A stretch of 64,000 nt of DNA from Octopus bimaculoides (lineage: Eukaryota), in NCBI RefSeq assembly GCF_001194135.2, contig NC_068990.1:9871238-9935237 (forward strand), in the 5' to 3' direction. Below the pieces are notes generated by a model that was not told the origin of the DNA, searched no databases, and saw only the letters and a list, made by a program, of their open reading frames with translations. Every line of letters begins with the position of its first letter. Positions within the stretch are counted from its first letter, which is position 1. Below, piece after piece: positions 13,135 through 25,560 of this stretch. The position numbers were made by a program, and so were the translations under genes.

Positions 13135-14229
13135 NNNNNNNNNNNNNNNNNNNNNNNNNNNNNNNNNNNNNNNNNNNNNNNNNNNNNNNNNNNNNNNNNN
13201 NNNNNNNNNNNNNNNNNNNNNNNNNNNNNNNNNNNNNNNNNNNNNNNNNNNNNNNNNNNNNNNNNNNNNNNNNNNNNNNATAGATATATAGATAGATAGA
13301 TAGATATATATATGTGAGTATGTATATACACACATATGATGTTTATGTATATTCATATACGCGTGCTTTCATGCGTGTGTGTTTATATACGGATATAAAT
13401 GCTTCGATGGCTGAACAAATATATATGTGAATACCTATACAAATGTATAATTTAAAAAGCGAACTAAAATGTGCAAACTAGATTTATATGTATATTTGCA
13501 TAAAATGAAGTAGTTAACGACTAATTTCCGGAATCATAGAGGAACACATAGGTCTCGTTAGTCAAGCTTGCTGCCACAATTGCTTCCGATGTTGCACTTG
13601 ATTTGATAATAGTTGTGATCCCCACTCCACATACATCTGATTAATTTTAAATTGGTCAGGAAAACCATATGCCTTCATTAGCTGACATGATATATCTGAA
13701 TTAATAGGAAGGCATCGTCTAAAATATTTGTTGATATGTATGATAACTATCCAATTATGTGTATAAAATTAATTTCATTCGATTATGGATCTACTGAAAT
13801 TATATGTCAAATAAGTTGGTACTGACATCTATGGGAATCCATAAGACGCGATATCCAAAGGGACGTTTTCAGTAAAGTTTTTGATTCACAACAGTGTTAT
13901 TGCTCTATCGAAATCATATAATATACTGAAGCAATAGGAAATCATTTGCTCTGAAAATTTGGCGAAGACGGACGATGCACACCAGATATTTGAGGCTTGA
14001 ATTAGGATATAACAGATGCATGCATGAATACTTGCATAAATACATAACCACGAGACGATATTGCTTACAAGGCGTTTCAAAATATTATACGCAAGAGGGA
14101 TTATACTGACGGACATAGCAACAGCATAATAAGGGCAGAGTTTAAATATACATTGAAAATATAAGTACTAGTAGAATATTCTAATAGAACACGTAGCAAC
14201 ATGAACACTCGTTTCACCGTGAATTGAAG

Positions 14230-15415
14230 ATGAACTACGGTAAGAACTCTTCCCTTTTTGTACGCAAACACTCTAATGCACACAATATGAACAAAAAGCA
14301 CAAAGAAGATATTCCTTTGTTCAGACCATTAGGAGTAGAAATAACAGAGATCATTTTCAATATCTCACCAGAGATTACCTACAAGAAAATGGGTAAAAGA
14401 CCGATCTAGATCTCGAAGTAAACTTAGATCATTCCCCCAGGTTGGTAAAATGGATACTAACAAGAAAGTGAACAATAGTATATATAAAACCAAAAAACAG
14501 GACAGAAAACATAAGAAAACCAAGTAAAATACTACAAGCAAATCGCGAATTGCAGCAAGCAAACGTCAAGAGGAACATAAGTCATAAACAGAGAAAATCT
14601 CTGTTTTAACGTCAGGACAGCAAACACTGGAGAAAGAAAAATTCCTAGAAGAAACATACCTAAAACAACCGAGCGTATAGATCTTAAAATGATTATTTTA
14701 TCCAAAAGAGATCTTGACAATGATGGAATCCGACTGAAAATTACATTTACACCAAAAACTAAAGGAGAATATTAAAGCATCTTGTCTTGAGTTACGACTT
14801 GTAGAATTCTTTACTAATAAAAGTAATGAGATTAATGAATCCTTAGTAAGGAATAAATCAAATTCCATCCCCACCAAAAGGAAGAAATAACTGTTTGACA
14901 AATACATCGATATTCTGTCAACATTTCCCCTTAGACGCAATACTAATGTTAGGCCAAACACTAAAAAATCCGAAATATCTCCACTTAAGCATGTAGGAAA
15001 CGATCAAACAATAATAATTAAACAAGCCGATAAAGGGGGTGCCATTATTATTATGGATGCAGAATGCTATAAGGATTTGGTTGAGGACTAAGTGAAGGAC
15101 AAAACATTTCACTGCGAAATACCTTCACATATAGACTACCACATCATGAAGAAGATCAACAACCTGGTTTCAAACCACCACAGCTTACCGATAATAAAAG
15201 AGACTACAACACAAATATTGAGCCACAAGCCAACAGCTTCTACGGCTTACCGAAAATACATAAATCAAAAGATATTCAACATGCAGTAAAAGAAAAAGAT
15301 AGTGATTACATAAAATTACTGCATCTAAAAGACTTAAAACTTAGACCTATTATAGCTAGTAAAACACGCCATATCCACCGTCTAAGCAATTTTATTGACA
15401 TTGATTTGAAACTAG
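14230..15415 (+). mobile_element. decayed Penelope-like element (ADKG/LPKIHK type), N-terminal and RT start
   Basis: Fragments LKITFTPKT...LRLVEFF, IIIKQADKGGAIIIMD and LPKIHKSKDIQHAV...DLKLRPIIAS...RLSNFIDI are characteristic PLE motifs; multiple stops and frameshifts. Confidence 0.8.
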
Positions 15416-15482
15416 TATATAGAAACTAGTGGTGTAGAAAATAAATAGATGTATCAGTATAACGCTTAGTATAATTGAAAAA

Positions 15483-15518
15483 GTCTTTAACGTTTCGAGC
15501 CTACGCTCTTCCACAGAA
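15483..15518 (-). ncRNA. minimal type I hammerhead-ribozyme-like motif in a PLE-associated repeat (non-canonical core)
   Basis: Minus strand CTGTGGA-A-GAGC(GTAG)GCTC-GAAA-CGTT: perfect 4-bp stem II, then GAAA, then the self-complementary ACGT. The core has U at the A6 position, there is an extra A before stem II, and stem I is poor. Confidence 0.45.
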
Positions 15519-15659
15519 CAGTAACCTAGAAAGAAACAAAGAGAGAAAAAAATCTACATACATACATGTGTATATATTGATATGTCACGGTGTTGAGTTG
15601 CATAGGGTTCATACATAGTGCGACAAATTTTATGCCTTTCGCTTCTGTAAACAAGTTTG

Positions 15660-15890
15660 ATATAATCAGAAAATTTCGTGTTACAAAGTCAATTTACGGC
15701 TTTCAAAAGTTGACTAGTGTGTGCATCCATTAGTTAGATAACAGAGCAACACTCTCTGTTCGTTTTAATAATCAATTGAACAGTGTTTTGACAAGTTATC
15801 CAGCAACATCTATATCATTCACTTCTTCAGAAGGTAAGAACAGTTTCTCAAATGCGTTGAGATACAACCAAAACTATATGCGTCCTTCTC
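15660..15890 (+). mobile_element. possible decayed GIY-YIG endonuclease tail of a PLE
   Basis: Fragments resembling 'IY.', 'T...L..RF..H' and 'R..KE..F....QPKL'; very degenerate. Confidence 0.25.
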
Positions 15891-17754
15891 TTGTCAGTAA
15901 ACTTACATATGCTCACATACACGCGCAATCACATTAATTACATAGCAGCATACACACATACACGTTGTACATCTTCCACATATCTCTCTTTATATGTATA
16001 TACATACATAGAAATAGCAGTCAAAGAACTACTGATTCCAAACTGTAGTTCTTTGACTGCTATTTCTAAATTTTCAGTATGTTGGAGAAGCAACTCAATT
16101 GCTAATCCCTGTATATTTATAATGATAAATAGTCTTACCGATAAAGGCTTTTTTCATACTGAACTACTTGGCAGAATTGTTAATTATTAATTCTATTATT
16201 AATTGACGATTCTCTGCCCATATTCTTGTACATAGAAATATATATATATATATGCGTATATATATATGCTTATATGTATATGTTTGTGTGTGTGTTTATA
16301 CACATATGCAAACTTGCACCTACAAACACATATATGTATGGGTAAGTGTGTGTATACACAAACACATACATGTATATATACATATTTACACATATACAAA
16401 CAAAAATACATACATTCGTACATACATACATATATACGTACATGCATGCATACATGCACACGTTTGTGTATGTGCAAGTGTGTAACACGAATGTTTCCCC
16501 TATTTTCTAATTTTCTACTTGCCTGAAAAATTGATCAATCTAGTGAAAGTAGAAAAAAATTATCAAAGAGCACGAGGAAACAGCAGGAGAAGATAAGCAG
16601 CGAAGTGTTCCTTATTTTCTTTATTGATTATCTGCTTGTTCTTCCCCAATTGTTGTTCGTTATTTTATAAATATTTGCCTCCATTGATTTTATTTGTTTT
16701 ACTTCTATAATATCGTCTACGTTTTAACATACATACACGCATGCACATATTATGAGACATGTAATATATCAGTTTTATTTTAGGCCAAAATATTTGAAAA
16801 TAATCCATATTGACAACAAAAAAAAGAAAGACAACAGTATTGAATTTGCTAAATATGCAAATCGCCAATGTAACGATAAATATAGAAGATTCAACGTCAT
16901 GTGCAATGAAATAACAATAAACAAACTATAGTCATAAGCCTATACACATGTATATGCATATTTCTGCAGAAATCAATGACTAAATACATGAGTAACTACA
17001 GCCATAAATTGATATTTTTGTGAGATATTACCACCGTTTGTCTCTCCATATTCCGCAACACACACACACACACACACACACATACACACACAAAAAACAC
17101 ACACACACACACNNNNNNNNNNNNNNNNNNNNNNNNNNNNNNNNNNNNNNNNNNNNNNNNNNNNNNNNNNNNNNNNNNNNNNNNNNNNNNNNNNNNNNNN
17201 NNNNNNNNNNNNNNNNNNNNNNNNNNNNNNNNNNNNNNNNNNNNNNNNNNNNNNNNNNNNNNNNNNNNNNNNNNNNNNNNNNNNNNNNNNNNNNNNNNNN
17301 NNNNNNNNNNNNNNNNNNNNNNNNNNNNNNNNNNNNNNNNNNNNNNNNNNNNNNNNNNNNNNNNNNNNNNNNNNNNNNNNNNNNNNNNNNNNNNNNNNNN
17401 NNNNNNNNNNNNNNNNNNNNNNNNNNNNNNNNNNNNNNNNNNNNNNNNNNNNNNNNNNNNNNNNNNNNNNNNNNNNNNNNNNNNNNNNNNNNNNNNNNNN
17501 NNNNNNNNNNNNNNNNNNNNNNNNNNNNNNNNNNNNNNNNNNNNNNNNNNNNNNNNNNNNNNNNNNNNNNNNNNNNNNNNNNNNNNNNNNNNNNNNNNNN
17601 NNNNNNNNNNNNNNNNNNNNNNNNNNNNNNNNNNNNNNNNNNNNNNNNNNNNNNNNNNNNNNNNNNNNNNNNNNNNNNNNNNNNNNNNNNNNNNNNNNNN
17701 NNNNNNNNNNNNNNNNNNNNNNNNNNNNNNNNNNNNACACACACATACACACAT

Positions 17755-17786
<32 letters not shown>

Positions 17787-17794
17787 TATTCTAT

Positions 17795-17950
17795 ATCGAG
17801 AATGTGATTTGCATCTGTAAAACCGAGGGAAACTCGGTGTATATATATATATATATGTGTGTGTGTGTCTGTGTGTGTGTGTGTATCTGTGTCTGTGTGA
17901 CAAGTGGTGTTGGTGGATTTATGTACCAGTAATTTAGCGGGTTAAAAAAC
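17795..17950 (+). mobile_element. decayed SINE fragment (same family as 31917-32290)
   Basis: GACAAGTGGTGTTGGTGGATTTATGTACCAGTAATTTAGCGG aligns by eye to GACAACCAATGCCAGTGTGTTTACGTCCCCGTAACTTAGCGG of the 31.9-kb copy, and follows an internal TA/TG microsatellite as in that copy. Confidence 0.5.
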
Positions 17951-18064
17951 AAATATCTCGTGGAGTCCATTTATTCGTTCGTCTAAAAATTGAAGGCAAG
18001 CCCCGACATATCCGCCGTCTAATAACTTTAACAGGTAATAGATAAAAGCTAATACATGTATATA

Positions 18065-18755
18065 AATAAGGTTGAGTAAAATGTTAGCAACATTCTGAAA
18101 CATGAAATTCATTGCAATATATTTCAACAATGCGGAAATTTTATTCATCAAAGTAAGTATCGTTCCAGTTAACACATTTTTGCCAACGAGCTACAAGTTT
18201 GTTTATTCTGGTAATATAAAAATCTGAAGCTCTGGAGCTGATGAATTCTTTGAACGCCCTTTCAACATCAATTTGATTTTTGAACTCCTTCTCTCGCAGG
18301 AAATCATCACAGTGCTTCGAACAGTGGTGGTAAAGAACTTATTGCCCAAGTTCCCTCAACTTCTGGAGCATCGATAGTGAACCGTGTTGTCGAGCATTGT
18401 CATGAAGAATGATTGGCCCTCTTCTGTTGACTACTCTGAGACGGATGAGTTGCAGTTTTTCGTTCATTTTGGTAATTTCATGGCAACATGTTTTTGGAGT
18501 AACGATTTTTGGGGGTTTAAAGAAGTTATAGTGGATGAGTCCAGCGTACACCACCAAAGATCCACCATATAATTTTTGAAAAGCTCGAGTTTAGGCAAGG
18601 TTTTCGGCACTTCACTTTGTTCCAACCACTGCGAACAACGTTTTTTTTTATTATTATTATTGTACAAAATCCTCTTTTCATATCAAGTTACAAAATGGTT
18701 GAGAAATGAATCGGCCTGGTTACGAATGTTGCTTACTTTTCACTCAAATGCTAGA
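18065..18755 (-). mobile_element. decayed mariner (Hsmar1-like) transposase, catalytic half
   Basis: ILYNNNNKKKRCSQWLEQSEVPKTLPK, AGLIHYNF and VNRRGPIILHDNARQH motifs. The PHPPYSPDL segment is deleted. Confidence 0.9.
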
Positions 18756-19149
18756 AATGTTGAATAGACATCCAGCAACTGATGAAGGATCCCTTCTCTG
18801 TGTTTACTTGTCCTGTTGTCCGTATTACCTTGTTGTTTGCATATGTCACTCGTTCTTCCCTCGTTTATTTACGTATTTCATGATACTTGTACCGTTGCTG
18901 ACGTCCTGTACCCATATATGCATATATATATNNNNNNNNNNNNNNNNNNNNNNNNNNNNNNNNNNNNNNNNNNNNNNNNNNNNNNNNNNNNNNNNNNNNN
19001 NNNNNNNNNNNNNNNNNNNNNNNNNNNNNNNNNNNNNNNNNNNNNNNNNNNNNNNNNNNNNNNNNNNNNNNNNNNNNNNNNNNNNNNNNNNNNNNNNNNN
19101 NNNNNNNNNNNNNTATATATGTATGTATCTAGTTAAATTTACAAAAGAA

Positions 19150-19223
19150 TTACAGGTGTGTAAACAACAAGCAGGTGTATTAGTTTGACCCTCGGGAAGG
19201 TGAGAAAGCCTTTTACGTTTCGA
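19150..19223 (-). mobile_element. fragment of the same PLE-associated repeat as 15421-15497
   Basis: Minus strand TCGAAACGTAAAAGGCTTTCTCAC...AAACTAATACACCTGCTTGTTGTTTACAC aligns with TCGAAACGTTAAAGACTTTTTCAA...ATACTGATACATCTATTTATTTTCTACAC. Confidence 0.6.
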
Positions 19224-20076
19224 TTTAATTTATTAAACAAACTTCAATAAATTCAATCATATTTTATGTAAGTGAAGGAGATTAGATGTTAATATTGATG
19301 ATAATTTTTATTCATGTAGCAACACAATCGTTTCATAGAGAAAGACAATAAATTCATTTTAAGGATCTGAATGGTCGAAATTACTCATTAGTAGCCCAAC
19401 AGAAGGAAAAAGCTAAAAACCCAACAATACATACTGGCTAAGTCTAACATTGGTCTCATGTTAAGGAAGATACCTCAACAATTATCAGGTCTATTACATG
19501 GACAACGATCTTCATTTCAATTTTGGATTAAAGCGTATATGTTGGGGTGGGAGTGGTGTTGTGCGCATGTGTGGTTATGATTGTGTGTTTGAGTGAATTC
19601 ATCTGTAATTGCGTTTGCTTGTATTTGCTTCAGTGTGTCTCTATGTTATCTTTTGTTCTCTCTCAATATGTATCATGTATTTATTTGTGTAAGTACATTG
19701 AACACCTCATGCTGCTTTATATTATGTCATAACAATCTTTAAACTTGTACTATTCTATATGATTATTTCGTTTCTTTAGATAATATTGATTAATATTTTA
19801 CTCAGAAATTGGTTTCTAAAATTATTTCACAAACCAGTATGGAATCAACTCTGCATTACTTTACCAAATCTCATTGCAACGTATTACGTTTATCCTCCTC
19901 TAAATATTCTCGGACATATATTTATATTACTTTTTGCTTTGATAAACTTCCAAACATAGAACTTGTACGATTTACATTTTGCATTATATTGTCATCTTAT
20001 CATTAGTCTAATTGAATATTCATATTCATTTTTCTTTTAAATCTTGTATCTGTTAGTGAATATCTATCTGTACGTT

Positions 20077-20097
20077 CTATCACTCTCTCTATCTCTA

Positions 20098-20161
<64 letters not shown>

Positions 20162-20246
20162 TCCCTGTTTCTCTCCTTCCTTCCCCCTCTCTCTCTCCCC
20201 CTTTCCCTCTCTCTCTTCCTATCTTTATAAGGACAAAAGCATGCAC

Positions 20247-20304
<58 letters not shown>

Positions 20305-20318
20305 GTTTATCTCTCCCC
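20077..20318. repeat. compound (CTGT)n/(CT)n/(CTAT)n microsatellite
   Basis: Read directly; abuts a gap. Confidence 0.9.
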
Positions 20319-20434
20319 NNNNNNNNNNNNNNNNNNNNNNNNNNNNNNNNNNNNNNNNNNNNNNNNNNNNNNNNNNNNNNNNNNNNNNNNNNNNNNNNNN
20401 NNNNNNNNNNNNNNNNNNNNNNNNNNNNNNNNNN

Positions 20435-20479
<45 letters not shown>

Positions 20480-20776
20480 CACTCATATAGCTAAGAAGAG
20501 AAATTAGCATTGGTCAAAAGGTCTACATATGGCACAGAACATGTCTCGTACGTAGGTTAGCGAATCGTGAATATGTATAAATGCAATTGAAAATATGTGA
20601 CGAAAATCTATGTAAATCTTACCGAATACCAAATATCTCCTTTCACAAATACGTGTTAATATAATACGTATCGGTTTCAAGTCACCTCATAATCTCAGAC
20701 AGTTTAATTTTTCACTTACAACTTGCGCTCTCCAGACTGAAGAATTGACGTACGATGTTAAATAACATGCACTCTG

Positions 20777-21695
20777 TCGTCGTCGTCATCATCATCATTA
20801 TGCTCATCATCATCATTCCTGTTTTTGATAGGTTTTGCTGGAGCTCCTGCAGTTCTGCAGTCTTGCAGTTCTGCAGTCTTGCAGCCTGCGATACCAATAT
20901 AGCCGTTCGTTTCAGCTATCCAATACTTTCCTGATTATTCTGCCTATGCCAAGAAGGTAAAACTTTTGTAACAGTTCTACTGAGCACTCTGTTCTCATTT
21001 CCGTTATTTTCCTCTTGATGCCTCCTGATACTGGTCCTAAGGACCCAACAATAATTGGTACTAAGTTCAGCTTCTGCAATTTCCATATCTGGGCTATTTC
21101 GTACTTCAGAGTGATGTAGCTGTCTATCATTTCACCTCCATTGACTATTCGTAGGTCAAAGGGACAAACAACATCAACTTTATAGCACAAGTGTTGCACC
21201 GTGTTTGCCATCACCAGGTCCGGTCTGTTAAGCTCGAGCACCTGATCTGTTTGGATTGTGAAATTCCAGAGGATTTTGCAAGTCTCCGACTCCACCGTTC
21301 ACTGTAGTTTGTACTTATACTACGTCCTGCCTCTCTCTAGCACCCACATTTCGCAGTTTCCAATGTAGCACTTTCTCTTCCTGCTCATGTCGCCACACCT
21401 TGTAGTGTCGTTGGGCAAATCTACGGTATTCTTTCGTGATATCGGAAATACTTTCAGATGCGACACATCGGAGACATTTGTTCATTCATAAAGTTGATCA
21501 TCCAGTTCGCGCCCAAAGACTGTTCTTGTACTGCTAGTATATTACTATGGGTCTCTTTTTTAAGGGTTCCCTTGATCAGCTAAACCCCCCTATATTTTCT
21601 AGTAATTTCTGTTGTGTCTACATAGAATTCATTGTGTAGTCCCTACTTGTGTAATTCTTCTTCATGCCATTTTTGTACTCTTTGTTTTCCCTATT
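20777..21695 (-). mobile_element. 5'-truncated R4/Dong-clade LINE (zinc-knuckle relic, RLE, UTR, decayed trinucleotide tail)
   Basis: Minus strand: ..LIKGTLKKETHSNILAVQEQSL; degenerate C..C/RH region; ORF 20912-21295 KILWNFTIQTDQVLELNRPDLV...VDVVCPFD...VPIIVGSLG...IIRKVLDS*; ends in a GAT/GAC-repeat tail. Confidence 0.85.
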
Positions 21696-22015
21696 TTCTC
21701 TGCACTCAAAGTCCCTCGTTCCTAGCTGTCACTAAGGTGACACCTCTTATTTTTCGAGTACCTTCTGGAGTATTCGAGCGGTTCCAAGCAGTGCTGGTTT
21801 CTGCAAGTGCTCCACCCTTATTGCAGCTCCTATTTGTTCCATGTACTTCTCGAAATTTTTACACACTGTTCCCTGGGCTCCGACTATTAATGGTACGACT
21901 ACCATCTTTTTCGTCGACCACAACTGCTTAACCTCGCAAGCTAACCTGTCATATGTATCGACTTTTCTTTCTTTCTTATCGCATACATTGTTGTCAGCTC
22001 GGAATGGTATATATA
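21696..22015 (-). mobile_element. second R4/Dong-clade 3' fragment
   Basis: ORF 21747-22049: ADNNVCDKKERKVDTYDRLACEVKQLW...VVVPLIVGAQGTV...LQKPALLGTARILQKVLEK*; short UTR. Confidence 0.85.
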
Positions 22016-22504
22016 TGACAACCACATGCGCGCAAAATGGTGATCTCATATCAGGATAAACAGCGCATGACGTTGCAGGTGGAGCCCATCCCGCTCAAAC
22101 GGTACCTGAATAAGGGTTGTTTAAGGATGTTGAAAGAAACACCCACTTTTCTAAAGGTGAATTATTCAAACCTCAAGGAATTCATTTCAACACATGGCTA
22201 TGATGCTCCCCCACTNNNNNNNNNNCAAGCTAACCTGTCATATGTATCGACTTTTCTTTCTTTCTTATCGCATACCTTGTTGTCAGCTCGGAATGGTATA
22301 TATATGACAACCACATGCGCGCAACATGGTGATCTCATATCAGGATAAACAGCGCATGACGTTGCAGGTGGAGCCCATCCCGCTCAAACGGTACCTGAAT
22401 AAGGGTTGTTTAAGGATGTTGAAAGAAACACCCACTTTTCTAAAGGTGAATTATTCAAACCTCAAGGAATTCATTTCAACACATGGCTATGATGCTCCCC
22501 CACT
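21937..22504 (+). repeat. 279-bp tandem duplication split by a 10-N gap (probable assembly/haplotype artefact)
   Basis: 21937-22215 and 22226-22504 are identical except at 2 positions; N10 lies exactly at the junction. Confidence 0.9.
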
Positions 22505-22626
22505 ATTTCTGCTCGTAATCAGAGATGCACATATCGTCGGCCACTAAGGGACATGCTCAACTGGTTAAGGAAAAAAAAAACTGACAAGCAAATCTATGGA
22601 TATGTGCAGAATATTTGCTGTAGCCC
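22016..22626 (-). mobile_element. unclassified interspersed repeat fragment (probable retroposon UTR), partly duplicated by the artefact above
   Basis: Non-coding, GC-richer block (...GATGCACATATCGTCGGCCACTAAGGGACATGCTCAACTGG...) that I recall as a high-copy octopus repeat. This is unverified and the strand is assigned from memory. Bounded by the R4 fragment and (TAT)n. Confidence 0.5.

Positions 22627-22676
<50 letters not shown>
22627..22676. repeat. (TAT)n microsatellite
   Basis: Read directly. Confidence 0.95.
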
Positions 22677-24681
22677 GAGAACAATTTATTACCACATCTA
22701 GAATGCGAGGGTAAAATTTAGTGGTGACATTGCAGCAAATATAATAGAAATGCAAACTTAGCACGGCATAATAACTGAAGACCCCCCCCCCNNNNNNNNN
22801 NAAAAAACAAATACTAACTCCCGGATAAAATGCGTTGCTGAAATCATATGGGGAAGTTGGTTTCAACTTATATGTATGCGGATGTTGAGATGTAAAAAGC
22901 TACGTTAACAAGATGAGAAACATAAAAAAGATATGAATTAAGAGAACAGATAACTGACCCTGAAGGAAATGAATAACAAACTATTGAATATAAAAGATGT
23001 AAGAGAGAATGTTACTACTGAAATATAACAAAACAAGAAGTACTCGACATCAAAGAACGCCCAAGAGAACAGACCTTGCTAAGACGCGTACATAATGTGT
23101 CAGTCTAAAAAGCGACAAACATTTTCTTTTTTGTTTTCTGCAAAAAGTATACGTAAAAAATATGACTTCAACACAAAAGGATTTAATTAATAAATAGATC
23201 AAATACAAAATCAAACAATGAAGCATCAGTAGTAAGAAAAAGTGTAAATTCTCCAGGCGAGTAGACAGCGAATGAATGACCAGAGACAAGCTGAATCAAA
23301 GCAACGAATACAGAATCTGAATACCACAAGTACCGTATACACTTCAGATTTGGAAATAATACCATCTCAATCAGATGATTAAAATATTTAACTAGGAATA
23401 ACATCTAATATTATAGTGCAAATGTCAGAGAAAACATACGACTGGTTCTCTGGGTAGAAATCCATATTGATCTCTACGTCCAAAGAAACAGCGAAATGTA
23501 AGCAACACCACAACTGTAGATTCACGTGTACAGCTCGCAAATTTCACAATAATATCACCGAGAATATTAAGCATGAATAAAATAGCACCGTTATAGGTGC
23601 GTTTTTATGAATGAAAGGAGCTAGAGGATAAAAAAACTCTCATTGAACCCCAAGTAGTCATACAATGAGGTACGCTATATCAAATATTGTCATATTATAT
23701 TGTGGCGAAAAATAATATCTCATATTTTTCGGGACCTTTTAGTTTTTTAGTCAAGAAGGTACTAATTTGCTGGTTAGATTTTGGTGTCTCGTACGCCTGA
23801 TTTTATGTGAGCCTTATGAAATTCAAAAAAGAATGAAAATGGATTTAATTAGCCCCAGTACACAAGCAGTTAATGAGAAACAGCCATGCAGTATGGCATG
23901 AGAATCAAAACACACAATATGATCAAGATAAGTTGACCTGAAATTACTGTCACAAACTAATCAAAAGGCAATAATTTTTTTTTCAGAAAGAAGTACAGGA
24001 ATTTCGCAAACGTAATATAACTGTAAATAAAGGTATCACTCAATAAGGCATCTATTTGCAAGTGTTGAAGTAAAAAATAATACATGCATTTATTAACTCT
24101 GAACTGGATGTCATGCAGGATTTCATGCACTTTTATCTAGAAATATCTGACTTCTACAGCTCTATGTTCCTTCTATGTTATTCATGTTAACTTTCTAGCA
24201 TCTAACAGCATCTTCGAAATGGGCATACATTCTCCTTTATCAAATTGAAATCAGAATATTTCAAACTATTATTACATCTGATTCGAATTATATTTAGCTC
24301 AATGTTTTGTTTATATTTGGATCACGTTTCCTCTGCCGTTACAAGTAGCCATTGAATGTATTCGAGTAGTTAATCATCATGCATGTCATTGCTGATAATC
24401 TGTCGTATTAAGAAAATTTGCTACTCTAGTACAATATAAGACACTACCAAATAGAAGTTTCCTGCTGGCACAACGTAACTCAGCAGAATTTCCATTGCCT
24501 GTATTGCATAGAGTTAACACAAGACCTTGTGGAACACAAGGCCTCGTAGAAACAAAACCGATATACATATATATATATTTAAAAATATATATGTAACCAT
24601 CGTTATACATATTAGCAGATTCTGAACATTCAATGATTATGTTAAAATAATATTCGATTTTATTGTCATAACACATTAGAT

Positions 24682-24827
24682 ATTTTCCTTTCTACTCTAG
24701 GAACAAGGGTCAACATTTTGGGGGAGTGGGCAAGTCGATCAGATCGTCTCCAATGCGCAACTGGTACTTAATTTATCGACCCCGAAAGGATGAAAGGCAA
24801 AGTCGATCTCGGGGGAATTTGAACTCA
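24682..24827 (-). mobile_element. 5'-truncated tRNA-derived SINE (Nin-domain-like family)
   Basis: Minus strand GAGTTCAAATTCC (B box) followed by GACTTTGCCTTTCATCCTTTCGGGGTCGATAAATTAAGTACCAGT, shared with the 32.8 and 36.9-37.2 kb copies. Confidence 0.85.
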
Positions 24828-24959
24828 CTTAAAATATTAGATATTGTCCATTCAAAGAAGATGGCTTTTGTATCGGGAACGATTATCAAGAAGAAGACAG
24901 AATAATCAGATAGAATAAAAAAGGGGAGATAAGGAACACTACAATAAACATCAAAACTA

Positions 24960-25560
24960 AGCAAATCAGATGGGAATGATATATGATGTGCCCGGAGGTT
25001 TATTTTTATATTCCGCCAACATGTATTTTTTTTTTAAATGCGGGCATATGGAAAAATCTTGGTCCTGGAGTTTTCGCAGTCATAAGAGACTCCTAAATGG
25101 GCACATAGTTATATATGCTAGGTTACAAATGAATTTTTTTCAGATTCCAGGTTTAAAATTGAAATAATAATGAATACAGAACACACGATACATCCCTTTT
25201 CTATCATACTTTCAAAAATTAATCCACCCGAATATTTAGCAAATACTAAAACCAATGGATATCTATATTCCATATAGCAAAGTAATATTTCTGGCGATAT
25301 CCATTTTTACCAACTTACTCGTAATTTGGTTAACTCCCCCATAAACACGCCGCACGAATATATTCAATATAAAATACAGACTTAAAAGCGCAGGAAATAT
25401 TGTATACTCATATATACGCAATTTTGACTTGTAGGGAAGCGGTATTTCTTTATGGAACCGTAATATACCACAAAGTGTATTAAACACTCTTATAAGTCAT
25501 CACCTTGTTCTACTGTGTTAGCAGTGTGCTTTACATCATTTGTTAAGGTTGTCTCTACAG
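24960..25560 (-). mobile_element. decayed non-LTR RT C-terminal region (RTE/L2-like)
   Basis: ORF 25263-25487: IPLPYKSKLRIYEYTIFPALL...LNIFVRRVYG resembles 'I...TKLRIY...I.P.LLYG.E.W...L..F.RR..R.I.G'. Confidence 0.4.

Noticed and set aside
13500-14100. Possible Ty3/Gypsy integrase relic on the minus strand (AYGFPD)
   Set aside because: Single short motif; too degenerate.
18754-18795. GAAA-stem-AUC followed by CTGATGA, suggesting a type II hammerhead
   Set aside because: Stem III pairs, but neither stem I nor stem II can form.
23000-23720. Possible decayed LTR gag-pol relic
   Set aside because: Only vague similarities; no diagnostic motif is intact.
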